Shown: positions 14,740-28,988 of the stretch, one piece after another
Position numbering within the stretch: the stretch's first letter is position 1
Layout: each line of letters opens with the position of its first letter
NCBI RefSeq assembly: GCF_001194135.2
Contig: NC_068981.1
Location: 161,438,386-161,502,385 of the forward strand
Direction of reading: 5' to 3'
Length of the DNA stretch: 64,000 bases
DNA from: Octopus bimaculoides
Lineage: Eukaryota
Notes under the pieces: model-generated
Databases searched by the model: none
What the model was told of the DNA's origin: nothing
Seen by the model: only the letters and a program-made list of their open reading frames with translations
Translations under genes and position numbers: made by a program

Positions 14740-14935
14740 ATATATGGGAGAATATATGAAAAAACAACAACAGACGAGGACAGGTGGTGTAAATAACAAA
14801 AGGATGTATTAGTATGATGCTTGGGAATACGGAAAGTCTTTGACGTTTCGAGCTACGCTCTTCAACAGAAAGAATACGGAGACAAGGAGAAAAACACGGA
14901 GAAAAAAAATTGAATAGTGTCCAGTCAACGGTCAA
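14740..14935 (-). mobile_element. Penelope-like terminal fragment with hammerhead-like motif, nested in a family-B SINE
   Basis: Minus 14873-14837: tcttt-CTGTTGA-a-gagc-gta-gctc-GAAAC-GTC-aaaga. Confidence 0.55.
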
Positions 14936-16703
14936 TCATTGTCCCCCCAACATCGCTTGACAACTGATGCTGGTGTGTTTACATCCCCGTCACTTAGCGG
15001 TTTGGCAAGAAAGACTGATAGAATAGGTACTGTCGACTAACGGCGGTGCTACAGCATGGCTGCAGTCAAATGACTGAAACAAATAAAGGAATACCAACAC
15101 TAGTTGTCAAAGCAGTGGTGAGGGACAACCACACACATCTGCCAAATCCACTCACAAGGCCTTGGTCAGCCCGAGGCTATAGTAGAAGACACTCGCTCCA
15201 GGTGCTACACACTGGTAATGAACTAAGAACTATGTGGCAAGGAAGTAATCTTCTTACCACATACTCATGCCTCCTTTGTTTTATTGAAATAGTAAGAATA
15301 CAAATTAACAGTAATATTTCTCTAAGTTCAAATTCCACAGTGTTGACCCTGGTATTCAACTGGTACTCATTTTATAGAACCTAGAAAGGATGAAAAACTG
15401 AGTCAGCCTCAGTAGATTTTTGAAGTCAGAATGTAAAGACATGAAATGCCATTAAGCATTTTGTCTGGCATGTTGACGATTCTGCATTTCACCAACCAAA
15501 ATCGAGGAGTCACAAACAGTACATAAACACAAGGACACTTGTACTTTCAAAAACAATACCTAGTTTTCTTTTTTTTTTTTACTTATAACACTTTTTATTG
15601 AACTGCTCGAGTAGTTTAATGATAGTTTCAAAATATTAATTAAAAATGATACTATATTTAGAAAAATATGGCAACGTTATATTTACAAAAAGATTTTCCT
15701 GTAATTATCATTATTCCAGAAACTTTTTTAAATTACAATTTGCAATATCACATCTTTATTTTCCATAGTTATCAATTATATTAAAATGTTCCCATTTCCC
15801 ATCCTGCTTAAAGCAACTTAATGGTAATGACTCTTACACCAACTCATACTTCATTTTAATTATTTCTCACTTTCTACTCAGCAAGCAAGTCAAGCCAGAG
15901 AGAAAAATTTCATTTTTCTATTCATCTTCATTTTACTTCTCCAAACTCACAATTATATTACTTTTTTTTTTTTTTGATAGTTTCCTACTTGCACATTCTC
16001 TACTTAGCATAACAACAAATAAATTCACATAGGTGTAGGTGTGGCAGTGTGGTAAAAAAGTGTGCTTCCCAACCACATGATTCTGGGTTCAGTCCTACTG
16101 CATGGCACCTTGGGCAAGTGTCTTCTACTATAGCGTCTAGCTGATCAATGCTTTGTGAGTGGATTTGGTAGACGGAAACTGAAAGAAGCCTATCATATAT
16201 ATATATGCATGTGTCTTTGTGTCAGTGTTTGTCCTCCACCACCATTTGAAAACTAGTGTTGGTGTGCTTACATCCCTGTAACTTAGCGGTTTGGCAAAGA
16301 AAATTGAAAGAATAAGTACCAAGTTTTAAAAAAAACAAGCTTTGGGGTTGATTCGTTCAACTAAAAAACCCTTCAAGGCGATGCCCCAGCATGGCCATGG
16401 TCAAATGATTGAAACAAGTAAAAGATAAAAGATAGCTAAAAATTAGTTATTAGCAGCGAAAACACAATTTGCACAGACTAGCAATCTTTACATCCTACTT
16501 AACATGGATATACTTTCAGAACAGCATAATACTGTAGTATTTGTCTTGAGAAAGCATCTCATATAGACATATAGTGTTAAAAAGCACATGTCTTAGTAGC
16601 AGACAATTATTATATGTGGATTAGAGAGAGTAGCACAGTATATGTTGAAAAGTTTCTGGCTTTTAGATTAAAGAAAATACAGGAGGTTTAGTTAATTATG
16701 ATT

Positions 16704-16900
16704 TTATTCAACATATTCCCCCTCTCAGAATCATACACATATTGCAGCCACCATCCTTCAGTTTTTCTAATCCCTGTAAAAGAACTTGGAAAGTTGGGCC
16801 TCCAACCAAGCCTTTCATGATACACTTAAAGCCAGGAACTTTGCAACAGCAAGCACCCNNNNNNNNNNNNNNNNNNNNNNNNNNNNNNNNCCCCTGTATA
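16704..16900 (-). mobile_element. mariner transposase C-terminal remnant, split by a gap
   Basis: Minus strand reads LLQGLEKLKD..RGEYVE*, matching the mariner C-terminal pattern GIEKL..RW.KC....G.YVE. Confidence 0.65.
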
Positions 16901-17736
16901 CTAAATACAAAGGTTGTGAGTAGATTTGGCTGATTTGCTGTTAGTAGTTGTTACTCTACAATTACATTGCTTTTGCTCTGCTGAAAGGCATGAACTTCAC
17001 ACAACCTTGGTTCAACCATATAAATCTTGAAAATCAAGAGGCTTTAAACTAAACATTAGAAAACCAACACTGAACATTTGCATAACTTGCAACTGGTGCA
17101 AGTCACTGACTTCAAATGCAAGCAAAGCAGCAACAGAATAATTATTATTAAAGAATTTGCTTAAGATAGCAATCAATTGCAAATCAATGTCAACTGAAGC
17201 CTGATGTATGATAGCAAGTTTGTTATTATCAGCCTCAGCCTAATAATAACAACTGCCATGACCAAACAGATTGGTGATTGGAAAGATGGGGGGTGGGAGT
17301 AGAACAGAGATACTAGAATCTCAAGAGTGAACAGCTGAAGTGGAATTGAAGTACAACAGAAACATGCTAACTAAACTGGTCTTGGCAATAAACGTTCGCT
17401 TGTGCATACATACTATTATTCTTTTGTTGGATTCATCCAATAGACTCTGGCCATGTCGGGGCATTTGCCTTTAAGGGTTTTAGATGATCATATCAATTTC
17501 AGTATGTATTTTTAGTCTGGTACTTATTTCACCAATCTGTACTAATGAAACAGCTAATGGGATGCTAAAGGACACAGCATTCGTTTTAACATACAAGTGG
17601 ATGCACAAGCAGACAAACAGACACACACACACACACACACACACACAAGCTCACTAACACAAATGAGATTATGGTGAAATTCCATGCATCAAATTTCACT
17701 CATGGAATCGGTCAACATGAGTCTAAAGACACTTAC

Positions 17737-17778
17737 CTAAGATGGCCTCACTGTAGGATAGGATCCAGAATCACACAG
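17737..17778 (-). other. Candidate 42-nt exon with a stop in all three frames (non-coding, terminal or poison exon)
   Basis: atttgcag|CTGTGTG...CATCTTAG|gtaagt; phase 0 gives LCDSGSYPTVRPS*; the other frames stop earlier. Confidence 0.3.
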
Positions 17779-17975
17779 CTGCAAATATCCTAACCACACA
17801 GACATGACTGTATATATAAATGTATATAAACACAGTTACCCACAAACTCTGATGTGTCACATATACATACACACATATAGACATTGTGTATGTATACCTT
17901 TTATCTACATATTCATTACCTATGGCCATTAAGCCAGTACCATAAATATAATGTAACCAATAGACTCCACCAATA

Positions 17976-18250
17976 GTGGAGATGTGTGGCTTAGAGGTTA
18001 GGGTGTTGTACTCATGATCATAAGATTGTGGTTTTGATTCCTGGATTGAGTGATGTGTTGTGTTCTTCTTGAGCAAAACACTTCATTTCACATTGCTCCA
18101 GTCCACTCAGCTGTCAAAAAGGAGTAATCCTGTGATGGACTAGTATCCTGTCCAAGGAGTAATATGTACCTAACAAATTCAGGGAAATAGTCCTTATGAG
18201 CTTATGGCTTGGAAAAGACCTTTGATCCATTTTGAACAGATTGGATGATG
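17976..18250 (+). mobile_element. tRNA-headed SINE (ttgctccagtccactcagctg core); deleted copy at 48893-49056 abuts the mariner
   Basis: A/B-box head and shared gtaatcctg.ga segment in both copies. Confidence 0.65.
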
Positions 18251-20738
18251 CTATAATGCAAGTGGATATAATAATGCAGAGACACAAAGATAGCACACAC
18301 ACACACTATTTTGCAAGCATGAGATCATTTCTATGTAGTTACTTGACTTATTAGAAATAACAGTTGAATCTTGCTCAAACATTGCCATCTCAAAAGAGAA
18401 GGATATGCTGGAGAATATTTTAAAAGAAATGATGGTCATGGTTGGAATGCCTTTAATTCTAAATCTACTGAATCAGAGCTGCTCTGGGGCTAAACAAACA
18501 ACAACAACAAAACAAAATATCAGAAGATTCACTTCCAATATCCTACAAGTTTTTGAACTTAAGACATGTAGAACTGAAATGTCATGCCAAATGATATCGG
18601 GCAGATATCTAATTTTGATTCAAAAGAATGAGTGCAATCTGATTATTTTTCTCCACATCTGTATTGGTTTTTCTGAATTAACAAAATACTGCCAAAGTTC
18701 TAAATTTAATAATATACATTTCATATCTTAATGGGAAAAAAACTCACCAAACACATCATTAGAACATGAATGAATTAAATTCTACATATAAAATACAGTT
18801 CTAGTCTTGCTTAAAAACAATTTAGGCTTAACAGCCAAAAAATTGCAATTTCAACCTCAAAAATTGTTTGAGAATGAGTCTAAAAACATATTTCTGTAAA
18901 GAATTGATTTTAATATGCTGCTGCAACCACTGCCACCACCACATCATTATTATTATTATTTAATGTCTATTTCTCCATATTTCATCATCATTATCGAAAT
19001 TTAATGTCCATTTTCCATGCTGGCATGAGTTAGATGGTTTGACAGGAATTGGCAAGGCCAGGAGTGGCACCAGGTTCCACAGTCTGTTTTGGCCTGGTTT
19101 CTACAACTGGATGCCCTTCCTAATGCCAACCACTTTACAGAGTGTACTGAGTGTTTTTTACACAGCACCTTGCAAATGGAATTTGTTGAACCAGAATTTC
19201 AAAGGCTGGATGCTTTTCCTGTTGCCAAACTTCATCTGTTTCCAGTCAAGGTAATATTCCTCCATAGGCAGAAGTGTTTTCCATGAAAGACTGTAAATGA
19301 ATAACATCACTTGTATGAAGGTGATGCTCATTTACAATCATCAAATGATGTCAAACCAAAAGTACAAACACACACACAAGTATACAATGGTCTTCTTTAG
19401 TTTCTATCTACCAAATCTACTTAGCCATACATACATTATATACAGTGCTTCAGCATGAACATAGCTGCATCGCTGAAACAAATAAAAGAGCAAAAGAATA
19501 TACATATATATATATATATGTGTGTGTGTGTACATGATGGGCTTCTTTCAGTTTCCAACTAACAAATCCACTCAGAAGGCTTTGACCAGCTTAGGGCTTT
19601 ATTAGCACACTCCCCACAGCAGGACTGAACTCCAGACCACATGGTTGGGAAGATAACCTCTTATCCATACAGCTATGCCTGTGCCTATATATGGTGTGTT
19701 ATTTAGCTGTTCCTATTTACTAATTACCAAATCCACATCACCTCCTGATTTCTTCTGTATATTTATGGACTAATATTATAACAACCTGACTGATAGATCA
19801 CACTTAGATTCAACTCAAACTCAACTCAAGCTGTACAAGGCAAAACAAATAAAAAAACAACAACCATTTAGTTAATGACCTTGTATGTTCTCTCTGGATC
19901 TGAGTGTTTTAACATCCGCATTATTTTAGAATGAATTTAGAAATAATTTCTTATGTAGAATTAATTAACTTGTATGCTTTGTTAAAAACGCACACACATG
20001 CACCCACACATTTTTATATAAAGTTAACTTGACATTATAAAGCAGTCTAGTTTGTTGCACTCTCATTAATTTATATTTACATCAATTTAGACATTAAGAA
20101 ATGAAATAACACCATACAATATACCATTACAGTAATATCTAAGCATTCAGCTAAAGAGATTATGCAATAGAATTTAAGAGATGTCTGTCAGTTTCTTTCT
20201 CTCTTTTTCTTCTTTATCCACACTCTTTGCACTTATTTCGTCAATAAAAAAAAAAGAAAGTTGACAGCCAACCTAAAAGTTAGACATTTCCAAGTTTTGA
20301 TATCAGCTTATATCTCACACTTGAGAAGCATTCAAGTTATCTGAGCTGACAGTTTAAAAGCAAGGAACAGTATGACTGAATACATACATGACTATGAAGT
20401 AGAGGATAAGTACAAATAGCAAATTATATGGAGAGAGTGAACTGTTCTACACACACACACACACACAAACATAAACACACATTAATGAGAAAATATTTAC
20501 ACTTATTATTTCTAAATTGAATAGCCACTAAAGGGCAAGACTTGAATATTATCCAAGTTCAAATATTCCATTATTATTCATGAGACTTTTGTAAATGTGT
20601 GAAATACTATAATAATCAATAGATCAGAAAGGCCAGGCAGTGGTTGACAATCAGACAATAAAATGGAATATCTAATTGAATACATAGATATATCATTATT
20701 GCTGTTGTTGTTGTTGTTATTATTATTATTATTATTAC

Positions 20739-20775
<37 letters not shown>

Positions 20776-21243
20776 TGTTTTCTACACAAACATGATACTT
20801 TTATTGTAGGGAACAATAGGGAGTAAAATTACAAGTCTATTTAATAGTGTACTATTTTATATCCATATGTGTGTGTATAAAATATATATATACACTCACA
20901 TACACACACACAGAGGCATCCTCTGTGTAACAGCCACTTCAGGTTATGGGATTCACACAGAAATTTTAAAACACCATTTATTTCAGGTTGTAAGTCTATA
21001 ATTTCACTTTAACAGAAATTCAGTCAGATTCTATCAACTTAAAGCAACAGCTTCTTCTTAGCAAAAAGGATGCTTCTCAACATTTTGGCTTAGATCAAAA
21101 TGAAGTTAACAATTTGAAAAAAACTAGAATCACAATATGTACATAAAGTAATCCCTCGACTATCACGGGTATTATGTTGCAAAATCCACTAAGTAGAAAC
21201 AGCACTGCACTATATATATATATTTTATAATTATTTTTATAAT

Positions 21244-21640
21244 AGGCGCAGGAGTGGCTGTGTTGTAAGTAGCTTGCTTACCAGCCACATGGTTCCGGGT
21301 TCAGTCCCACTGCGTGGCACCTTGGGCAAGTGTCTTCTACTATAGCCTTGGGCCGACCAAAGCCTTGTGAGTGGATTTGGTAGACGGAAACTGAAAGAAG
21401 CACATCGTATATATGTATATATATATATGTGTGTGTGTTTGTCCCCCCAACATCGCTTGACAACCGATGCTTGTATGTTTACGTCCCCGTAACTTAGCAG
21501 CTCGGCAAAAAAGACCGATAGAATAAGTACTAGGCTTACAAAGAATAAGTCCTGGGGTCGATTTGTTCGACTAAAGGCGGTGCTCCAGCATGGCTGCAGT
21601 CAAATGACTGAAACAAGTAAAAGAGTAAAGAGTAAGAGTA
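21244..21640 (+). mobile_element. tRNA-headed SINE family B, near full length. Other copies near 4632-5010, 14606-15085, 16030-16434, 34818-35225, 57992-58340; fragments near 12945, 19530, 23670, 30545, 35600, 37840, 42270, 46345, 50620, 52245
   Basis: A/B-box-like head, gtcccactgcgtggcaccttgggcaagtgtc core, internal TA/TG microsatellite, gactgaaacaagtaaaag tail; more than 12 homologous copies in the window. Confidence 0.9.
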
Positions 21641-22059
21641 TAAATGCAAAACAATACCATGGAGGAACCAATGTAAGCTTAAATAATAAACTGCGTAAGG
21701 TGAACCATGATATGGCGAGGGATTATTGTATACATGTGTGTCTGCATCACTATAAATATCTATGGAGAGTGAGATGGAATTTTTCACAGTGGATATTTGT
21801 GTGCATGTTTATGCATATTTTCTTGGGTTAGAATGGGCATCTATTTATCTATCTATCATCTCTGTATACATACATCTATATATAAACCAACCTTCACCGC
21901 CATCACTATATTTACATTTAACACTGATAGAACCACCATCAACACCAAAACAATCGTTTATTGCCTGTTTTTTATTGACATTACAGCTCTTTGGTATGTT
22001 TTTTTCCCTCGTATTAGGTGTAAAGGATGGTGTTCACAAGATTGTGTTGCAATGCTTTG

Positions 22060-22128
<69 letters not shown>

Positions 22129-22493
22129 CTTGGTTGTTAATGCTAACAGTTGAAGTGGTTGTCTATAATTATATACATGGAACATGGTTTAGTATGGTTG
22201 TAAAAGTGTGAACTTAGAAAATCTATTATTTTCTCCACTAGAGCAAGACTTGGCTAACTGGATGTGATGCCGTGTTTCAAGTTATGTTTGTCTATTCCCT
22301 TCAGTACATGAAAGGTTTGAACAGCTCATTTTAAATTTAGAATTCAGTTGCCCTATTTTCTGTGGAACATGTCAGCCCTTGATAACTTTTTACATATCAT
22401 TCTTGCTTTACTCTATATTCTTTAGGCTTTCTTTAACGTGTATTTCAGTTTTACCAATGCCAAAAAGTACTTAGGGTTCCCTTGCTGGCTTAT

Positions 22494-22674
22494 TTAACCC
22501 TTTAGCATTCAGATAACTGTCAAATGTAATGCTTATTTATTCACATTGTTTTGAATTAACCATGTAATATCTCACAGCTTTCAAATTTTGATGATATGAG
22601 TGTTTCTTTTTAGAGTGACATTATAGGATAGGTGTGAGAGGCCTGATCTGGCCAGTTTAAATACTGAAGAGTTA
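22494..22674. mobile_element. TTAA-flanked piggyBac-type MITE family 1 (other copies near 2009-2223, 6467-6657, 44345-44530, 57790-57988)
   Basis: ttaaccctttagcatt...gaagagttaa ends; shared interior (tattcacattgttttgaattaa, gtgtgagaggc.gatctggcc) in five places. Confidence 0.7.
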
Positions 22675-23028
22675 AATATCATTGGCAGCCTAGTTCACTT
22701 CATGAAACTAATAAATACATACTATCACCATTTAGCAACTCAAGAACAAAAAATATTGCAAGAATATGGGAACAGTTAGCAGTTGTATGCTAAAAGCTAC
22801 ATGCATGAAATCAACAAAGTAATTTGAATAATTGATCAATACTAGAGAGCTCCAAACTACATGATAATCCTTACCTAGTTAGTCTGCAGGTAGTTGAATG
22901 GGCTAGATTTTCTGGTGACTTATTCACAGATTAACAATCACATTATTAGTTGTGGGATGTCTGTGTGAAAATATGGCTTGTTAGCTGAAAAGTTAATTTG
23001 CCTTTAACTGTACTTCAATCCTTCAATC

Positions 23029-23549
23029 TAGTGGTTCTCAACTAGGGTTCATATAAGATTTTTGGGGGTTTCATGCAAGCAAAATAGTAATTCAGGGATT
23101 CACAGTATTATTTTAAGGGATCATGAAAAAATTTTGCTTTAGATGTATTTATTGCAAGAAACAGCTAGGTTTTTTTAATTTTTTTATTTCTAATGCTAAA
23201 TTTAGTTCAACATGGCTGTTGACAAATTTTTCCACTTTGTAAGGGTAATTTACCCAATATTTCAGCTGTTCTAATGATGTCTGTGTTCAAAAATAAATTT
23301 TCATCTTTGTATCTTACAATATACATTTCAGCGCTTATAAAAAAAAAACAAATTTTGGTTTGTTTTATTTATATACATATTGTTCAACATGTTTCATGCT
23401 AATCTAAGTAACCATGTGAAAAACATCATAGGAAATTTGAAATAAATATCTATAATACTAGCTTTTAAATCAATGAATGGCTATGGGGTCTACCAGAATA
23501 AAATAGGAATCAAAGGGGTCTATTGGCAAAAAATGGTTGAGAATCACTG
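23029..23549. mobile_element. hAT-type MITE
   Basis: TIRs tagtggttctcaac / gttgagaatcactg; imperfect 8-bp TSD cttcaatc / ctttcatc. Confidence 0.7.
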
Positions 23550-25450
23550 CTTTCATCCATTCATAAAAAGTTTTCAGTCAACAGTCAAGCACTATTTCAA
23601 TATACTTAACAACAGACCAATTTCTGTATCAAGAAAATAACTTGCACCTTTTATCTTTCATTTTTCATATTTTACTTGTTTCACTCACTGAACTGTGGCC
23701 ATGCTGGAGTACCTCCTTGAAGGGTTATGGTCAAACAAACTGACCCCAGTGTTTATTTGTTTTTCAAGTCAAGTACTTATTCTATCGATCTCCTTTGCCA
23801 AGTCACTAAATTATGGTGGACATAAACAAACCAACATCGGTTGTCAAGTAGTTGGTGGGTGGCAAACACTCACTACCTGCAGCTATAAGTGTGTAAAGCA
23901 ATTTTTAAAACAAAAAAAATATGTAGTGTATGAGCACATAGTAGAGGAGAGAACCTATACTATGTGGTCTTTCAATTGACCAGAAACAGCTACAAAATTT
24001 CCTTTTGTTTGCACTCAACTATACAATAAAAAAAAAATGGTATTACTAGAATACCTGTGATCTTATGTCTGCTTCATCAGGGTTGACCCATGACAATCAA
24101 TAACGGCAACATGCCAATATGGGCACCTCTACAGTGTAAATCATGTTGCTAGAAATATCAGTCAATATATGTTGGATCTAAACAATGGCAAGAAACAGTT
24201 CACAAGGAAATGTTTCAACACAGCCTGAACTTACAGTGGCTTTAAGCAATTAAAGACCACACATATATAGACACAGATGCACACTATATTTGCCTGTGTA
24301 TCAGATAGATGTACTAGAAAATAATAGCCATCGTCCTTTTCAAGGGAATATTTAAGAGGTAATTAGGAGAAATAAAAATTCAATATTTTTTTTTGTTCAA
24401 TGTGTATTGATGTAATATATAGCTAGAAGATCACCACCCAGGAATGGAATGCTTCAAATATATTTTTGGTGGTGGTGGTGGTGGTGAATTTACTTTGTTT
24501 ACATATGCTAGGAATAGAATCAAAGAAAATGAGATTTAGATCAAAAAAGTTTTACTGTAGAGATACATCATCCTGTTCATACCAATATTTATTGCATTAC
24601 AGATATCATCTAATGATAAAAAAAGAAAAAGAAAAAAAGAAGCCTCCAAGAGTTGATTTCGGCAAAGACAATTATGAAAATGTGCAATTACAGTATTCAG
24701 ATATATTAATAAAACTTGAATTATAAAGAGTTAAAAAACAACAACAACAATATTAATAATAAACCTTGGGCAAAATAAAACTTCCTGGTACAACTATAAT
24801 CTAAAATAATATTTTATTGCTGAAGGGAAAATAGAAAGAAGCAACGAAAGAAATCCTCTCACTATACAAATTAATAACCAAATCAAAATTTTTAAGATAA
24901 GAAGTATCTGATGAGAAATATTGATTTTTGTGTATCAATAACACTTTGCAAGGCATAAGCAGTGTGAAGGAATAGCCGTGGAAGTGAGAGACAATTGATT
25001 GTTTGCACCTCTTTTGGCTTTTACCAAAATATTGACATCCTTTAGTTGAAACAAGGTATCATTGGTGTCATGTGACTGGCTTGCTGGGTGATATAGTAAT
25101 AAAGTAAAAAAAAAAAAAAGAGATCAGCTGTGAAAACTTGATTACAGGTGTCAAACCTTGAGTAACTATGATCACGGATTACTCTCAATACTTCCCAATA
25201 CTTAATAACCAGAATTTCAAGTCAACAAGAAAGACTTGTTTGAAATAGAAACCAAATCTTATTGTTTATCAATATTGATTTCAAATTTTGGCACAAGGCC
25301 AGAAATTTCAAAGGAGGGGGTAAGATGATTACATCAACCCCAGTGTGTACAACTGGTACTTATTTTATCAACCCCAAAAGGATGAAAGGTAAAGTCAATC
25401 TTGGCAGAATTGAAATGATTCTGCCAGGTTGCTGCCTAATGTGTTTGATA

Positions 25451-25499
<49 letters not shown>

Positions 25500-28049
25500 A
25501 TAGAATGGTCATAGTTTTGATCATAATGTCTGCTTGATAAAAGCTGATTTGGATTTATGCAATAACAGAAACAAGCAGTGCTTGTGCATCTTTTAATCAC
25601 ATTCAAATATATCCATGGAATATCATATCTGAATGACTTTGTAGCATGTGCAACAAGTAGCAGTCACACGCATTCTTTTTATTCTTTTCTTAGCTTGGGA
25701 TGTTAGCCTGTGGTCATGTGGAGGAGCATCACCTTCTATGGTATAGTTGATTACATCAACTTATTTCATCAACCTAAGAGAAATGAGAGGCAAAGAAGAA
25801 CTGGGTGGAATTTTAACTAAGAATGTAAAGGGATGTAACTAAATACCACAAGCTATTTTTGTTGTTGTTGTTTTTCGTCTAGCTCGCTACCAATTTCAAT
25901 CATCTGCCCGCCATATGTATACTCTCAATAAAGGACACTTGAATTAAAATAAGCTGGAGATAAACTGGATAACATACAAATTAACACAAGCTAAATAACA
26001 TGCTTAGTTCCTATGTACATCATTAGATAAGATCTATATTATTAGATAAGAGGTTCAAAACTCTTATCTGATTTTAACCCTCCAGTTTTGATGAGTATGT
26101 ACTAAATTAAATGGTCAAACTGACATTATTTCCAAGGTTGCCCATCGGCCTCTCTGATTGTTTCACAGTTTCTATATAATTCTTCCAAATGCATCTTATT
26201 GCATTTTACTTTGACTGTCGACATTCTTCAAATATTTGTTTTACATGTTTATACAAGCGGCCCCCACCTCCGCCATCTTTCATCTCTCCCCAATAAGAGG
26301 ATAACAGAATGTAATCAGAATATCATTTCATTTTCTATTTTTATTTTTTTTTTGCATTACAAGATTCTTGATGTCAAACAGATGTTAAATATAGCGAGAA
26401 TGTCATCAGCCAATATGAAACACACAACTGGTTTTAGTCCACTTGTTTTTATCATTGCTAACTAATTAACCAAATAATTAATCGATTGCTTGATAACACA
26501 TTTGATCAATTAATCAATTAATCAGTTTGTTAGAATTCTTTCATCACCATTCGTGATTTCGTCAATGCTGTGGCTTCATTAATCCAAGTTTGTCCTATTG
26601 TTGCCAAACATTGGGTCTCTTTCACTTTTTTTCTTCATTTGAAGAAGAACCTTTAACTCAAAACATTAGAATTAACACCTCCCCATTTTGTCTACTCGTA
26701 CAAATTTTATAATATCTGTGAGCCTTATTTACTGATGTTTGATAGTGCAGATTATCATTAATATATCTTGGATTTAGTTTTTTTTGACACTGCAGTTGAT
26801 AGACAAAGAAAGATGTTCAGTTTACAGCTGGACAGCAAAAACTGTCCTCAAGGACATTCAAAAGTTTAATAAACTAGAACATCTATGAAAGTACATCAAC
26901 ATTTGTTGCAGCAGCAATAGTAGTAGTAGTAGTAGTGATTAATCACTTTCCTGTTAAAATGTATCTCTCATTTTAAAGTAAACAACAGACTAACATACAA
27001 AAGAATATAATAATCCCTACAGGACATTTCAAGTAAATAATTCTCTCTGAATAGATAGCTATCAAGCAGAAAGACACACCTCATCAAAACACTAAAAATA
27101 TAATAAATAAATAAAGCAGCTGTAATAAGAAAGCATTTGATTGTTGAAGAAATTGATGCATTTTGCTTCTACTCAATGCCCTTGTCATTTGCCTTTTATA
27201 TCTGGTAATAAATATAAGAGCAACATGCCAATCCCAACCATAACTAATATAATATAGCAAAAGGCTAATAGGTATATAGAACAGAGTTACCAATTATTAT
27301 ATGAGTTATTAGTATTATCAATAAGTCACTATGTCAGACTACAATGATTTTAAGAATAAAAAATTTTTTTTTTTACTTCAGTCACGGAACTCATGCTGGC
27401 GGGGTGGGGGTGGGGGCATTTGCTTTAAAGGGCTTTCAGTTCATAACCTCAGTACTTATTTTATTGATCTTTACTCATGGAAGATTAAAGTTATGTTTCA
27501 TGTGATGTGAAGGACCTCTAACCACAGCTGCAAATATATGACAGGTTACCACATTCTGCTCTTAAGGTACCAATCAACCTGCAGTGAGATTGAAACTTTA
27601 ACCATGTGGTGGTGAAGTGAACTTCTTCATCACATAGTTATGACAATCCTACAAGATATATAATAGGCAACTAGAGCAACGTTACCATGCTGTTACCCAT
27701 TTTTGTCTTGTCTTGCAGCCCTAAAGCTTTTTTTGCTGTATATGTATTTGTCTTTGTGTGGCCCTAAGCCCTTATTCTGTTTATTGTCTTGTCCCCTCAT
27801 CTGTCTACTAACGGCCTCGTCTCAAGCCTGTCTTGCTTTGTTGTGTTTTGATCCCATTCTCGGCAAGTTTCTTGCTGGTGCCTCCAGAGTGGAAGCAATA
27901 TTATTGATAATGGCTGAAATTGTGATTGACCCTCTGGCCGATAACTGAAGAGGAGTTGGTGGCCTGTGTTTTCCATTTGTCTGTGTATTTAGTATATGCT
28001 TGTATATACACTCATTAATTATATAATATATATATCTAGTATATATAAA

Positions 28050-28900
28050 TCACAGTATGTGTGTGTGTATAATGACTAACGCATACATTTCCACAATTCT
28101 CAACCGATTTTCACCAAACTTTACACACACATTACTTACATTCCAAGGATGGTCATACGCTAGGCATTTTGCCTAGATCTCCCACGTAAATGGATCTAGT
28201 TTTATTGTATACTTTTACTGTATACTATTGTCTTCCATACTCTTTAAATCTTCTTATAAAAGTGAAAGGATATTGTCCATTTATTTCAACTGTCCACCTG
28301 CCACAGTGATTAAATTGACTAGGAACATTGTACGCGATAAATATCCAATACCAAACAATCTTAATCTCCATATTTAAACTGCATTGAACTTGGTCAAGCT
28401 TACTTTTACCTATTCCAACAGAATAAAGGGGCGTTTGTTAGCTTTCTCTCCAAAAAAAAAAAACCAGCTCTCCTTGCTGTTGAAGAAAACAAACTCACAG
28501 AGGGGTAGTTTCAACGTCTTCCTTCAATTTCATTACACCATTTATGTGGCTGTTTCTGACAAGAAATTTCACTTTCATGTAAAACAAATATATTTTTTAT
28601 CTGTAATCTACTCCCAAAACACTTTGCATCGTTTGTAAACTTATGTTTTATGATCATTAAAATTCAATGACCTCCACAATAACCAACCTTCAATTTGATT
28701 TTCCGTTCCTAGGTTAATCGGAAGCAAAGATTGCCATGCTACTCCTGTACCTTTTTGGTAGTTCAATTATTTGGTAAAAAAATACCACCAAAGCAACTTA
28801 AACTGTCCAAAGGATGAGTGTGTTTGCTGATATATATACAAATATATATAAAATTTAAATAAACAGAAAATGGAGAAAACTTTTGATTAACAAATTTGAT
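28050..28900. mobile_element. Helitron-like non-autonomous remnant
   Basis: aaccgattttcaccaaactttacacac motif typical of non-autonomous Helitron-like elements; termini not resolved. Confidence 0.35.
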
Positions 28901-28929
28901 TCCTGATAAACTTTTGTTTATTCTGTTGT

Positions 28930-28988
28930 TACCTGCACCCTATGAGCAAAGTGTACCTGCACCCTATGAGCAAAGTGTACCTGCATAC
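28930..28988. repeat. 24-bp tandem repeat (tacctgcaccctatgagcaaagtg) x2.4
   Basis: Direct reading. Confidence 0.9.

Noticed and set aside
21762-22211. 149-aa ORF with ERERE run
   Set aside because: (GA)n microsatellite; no coding character.
25452-25496. A45 tract as a retrocopy tail
   Set aside because: No upstream ORF, polyA signal or TSD.
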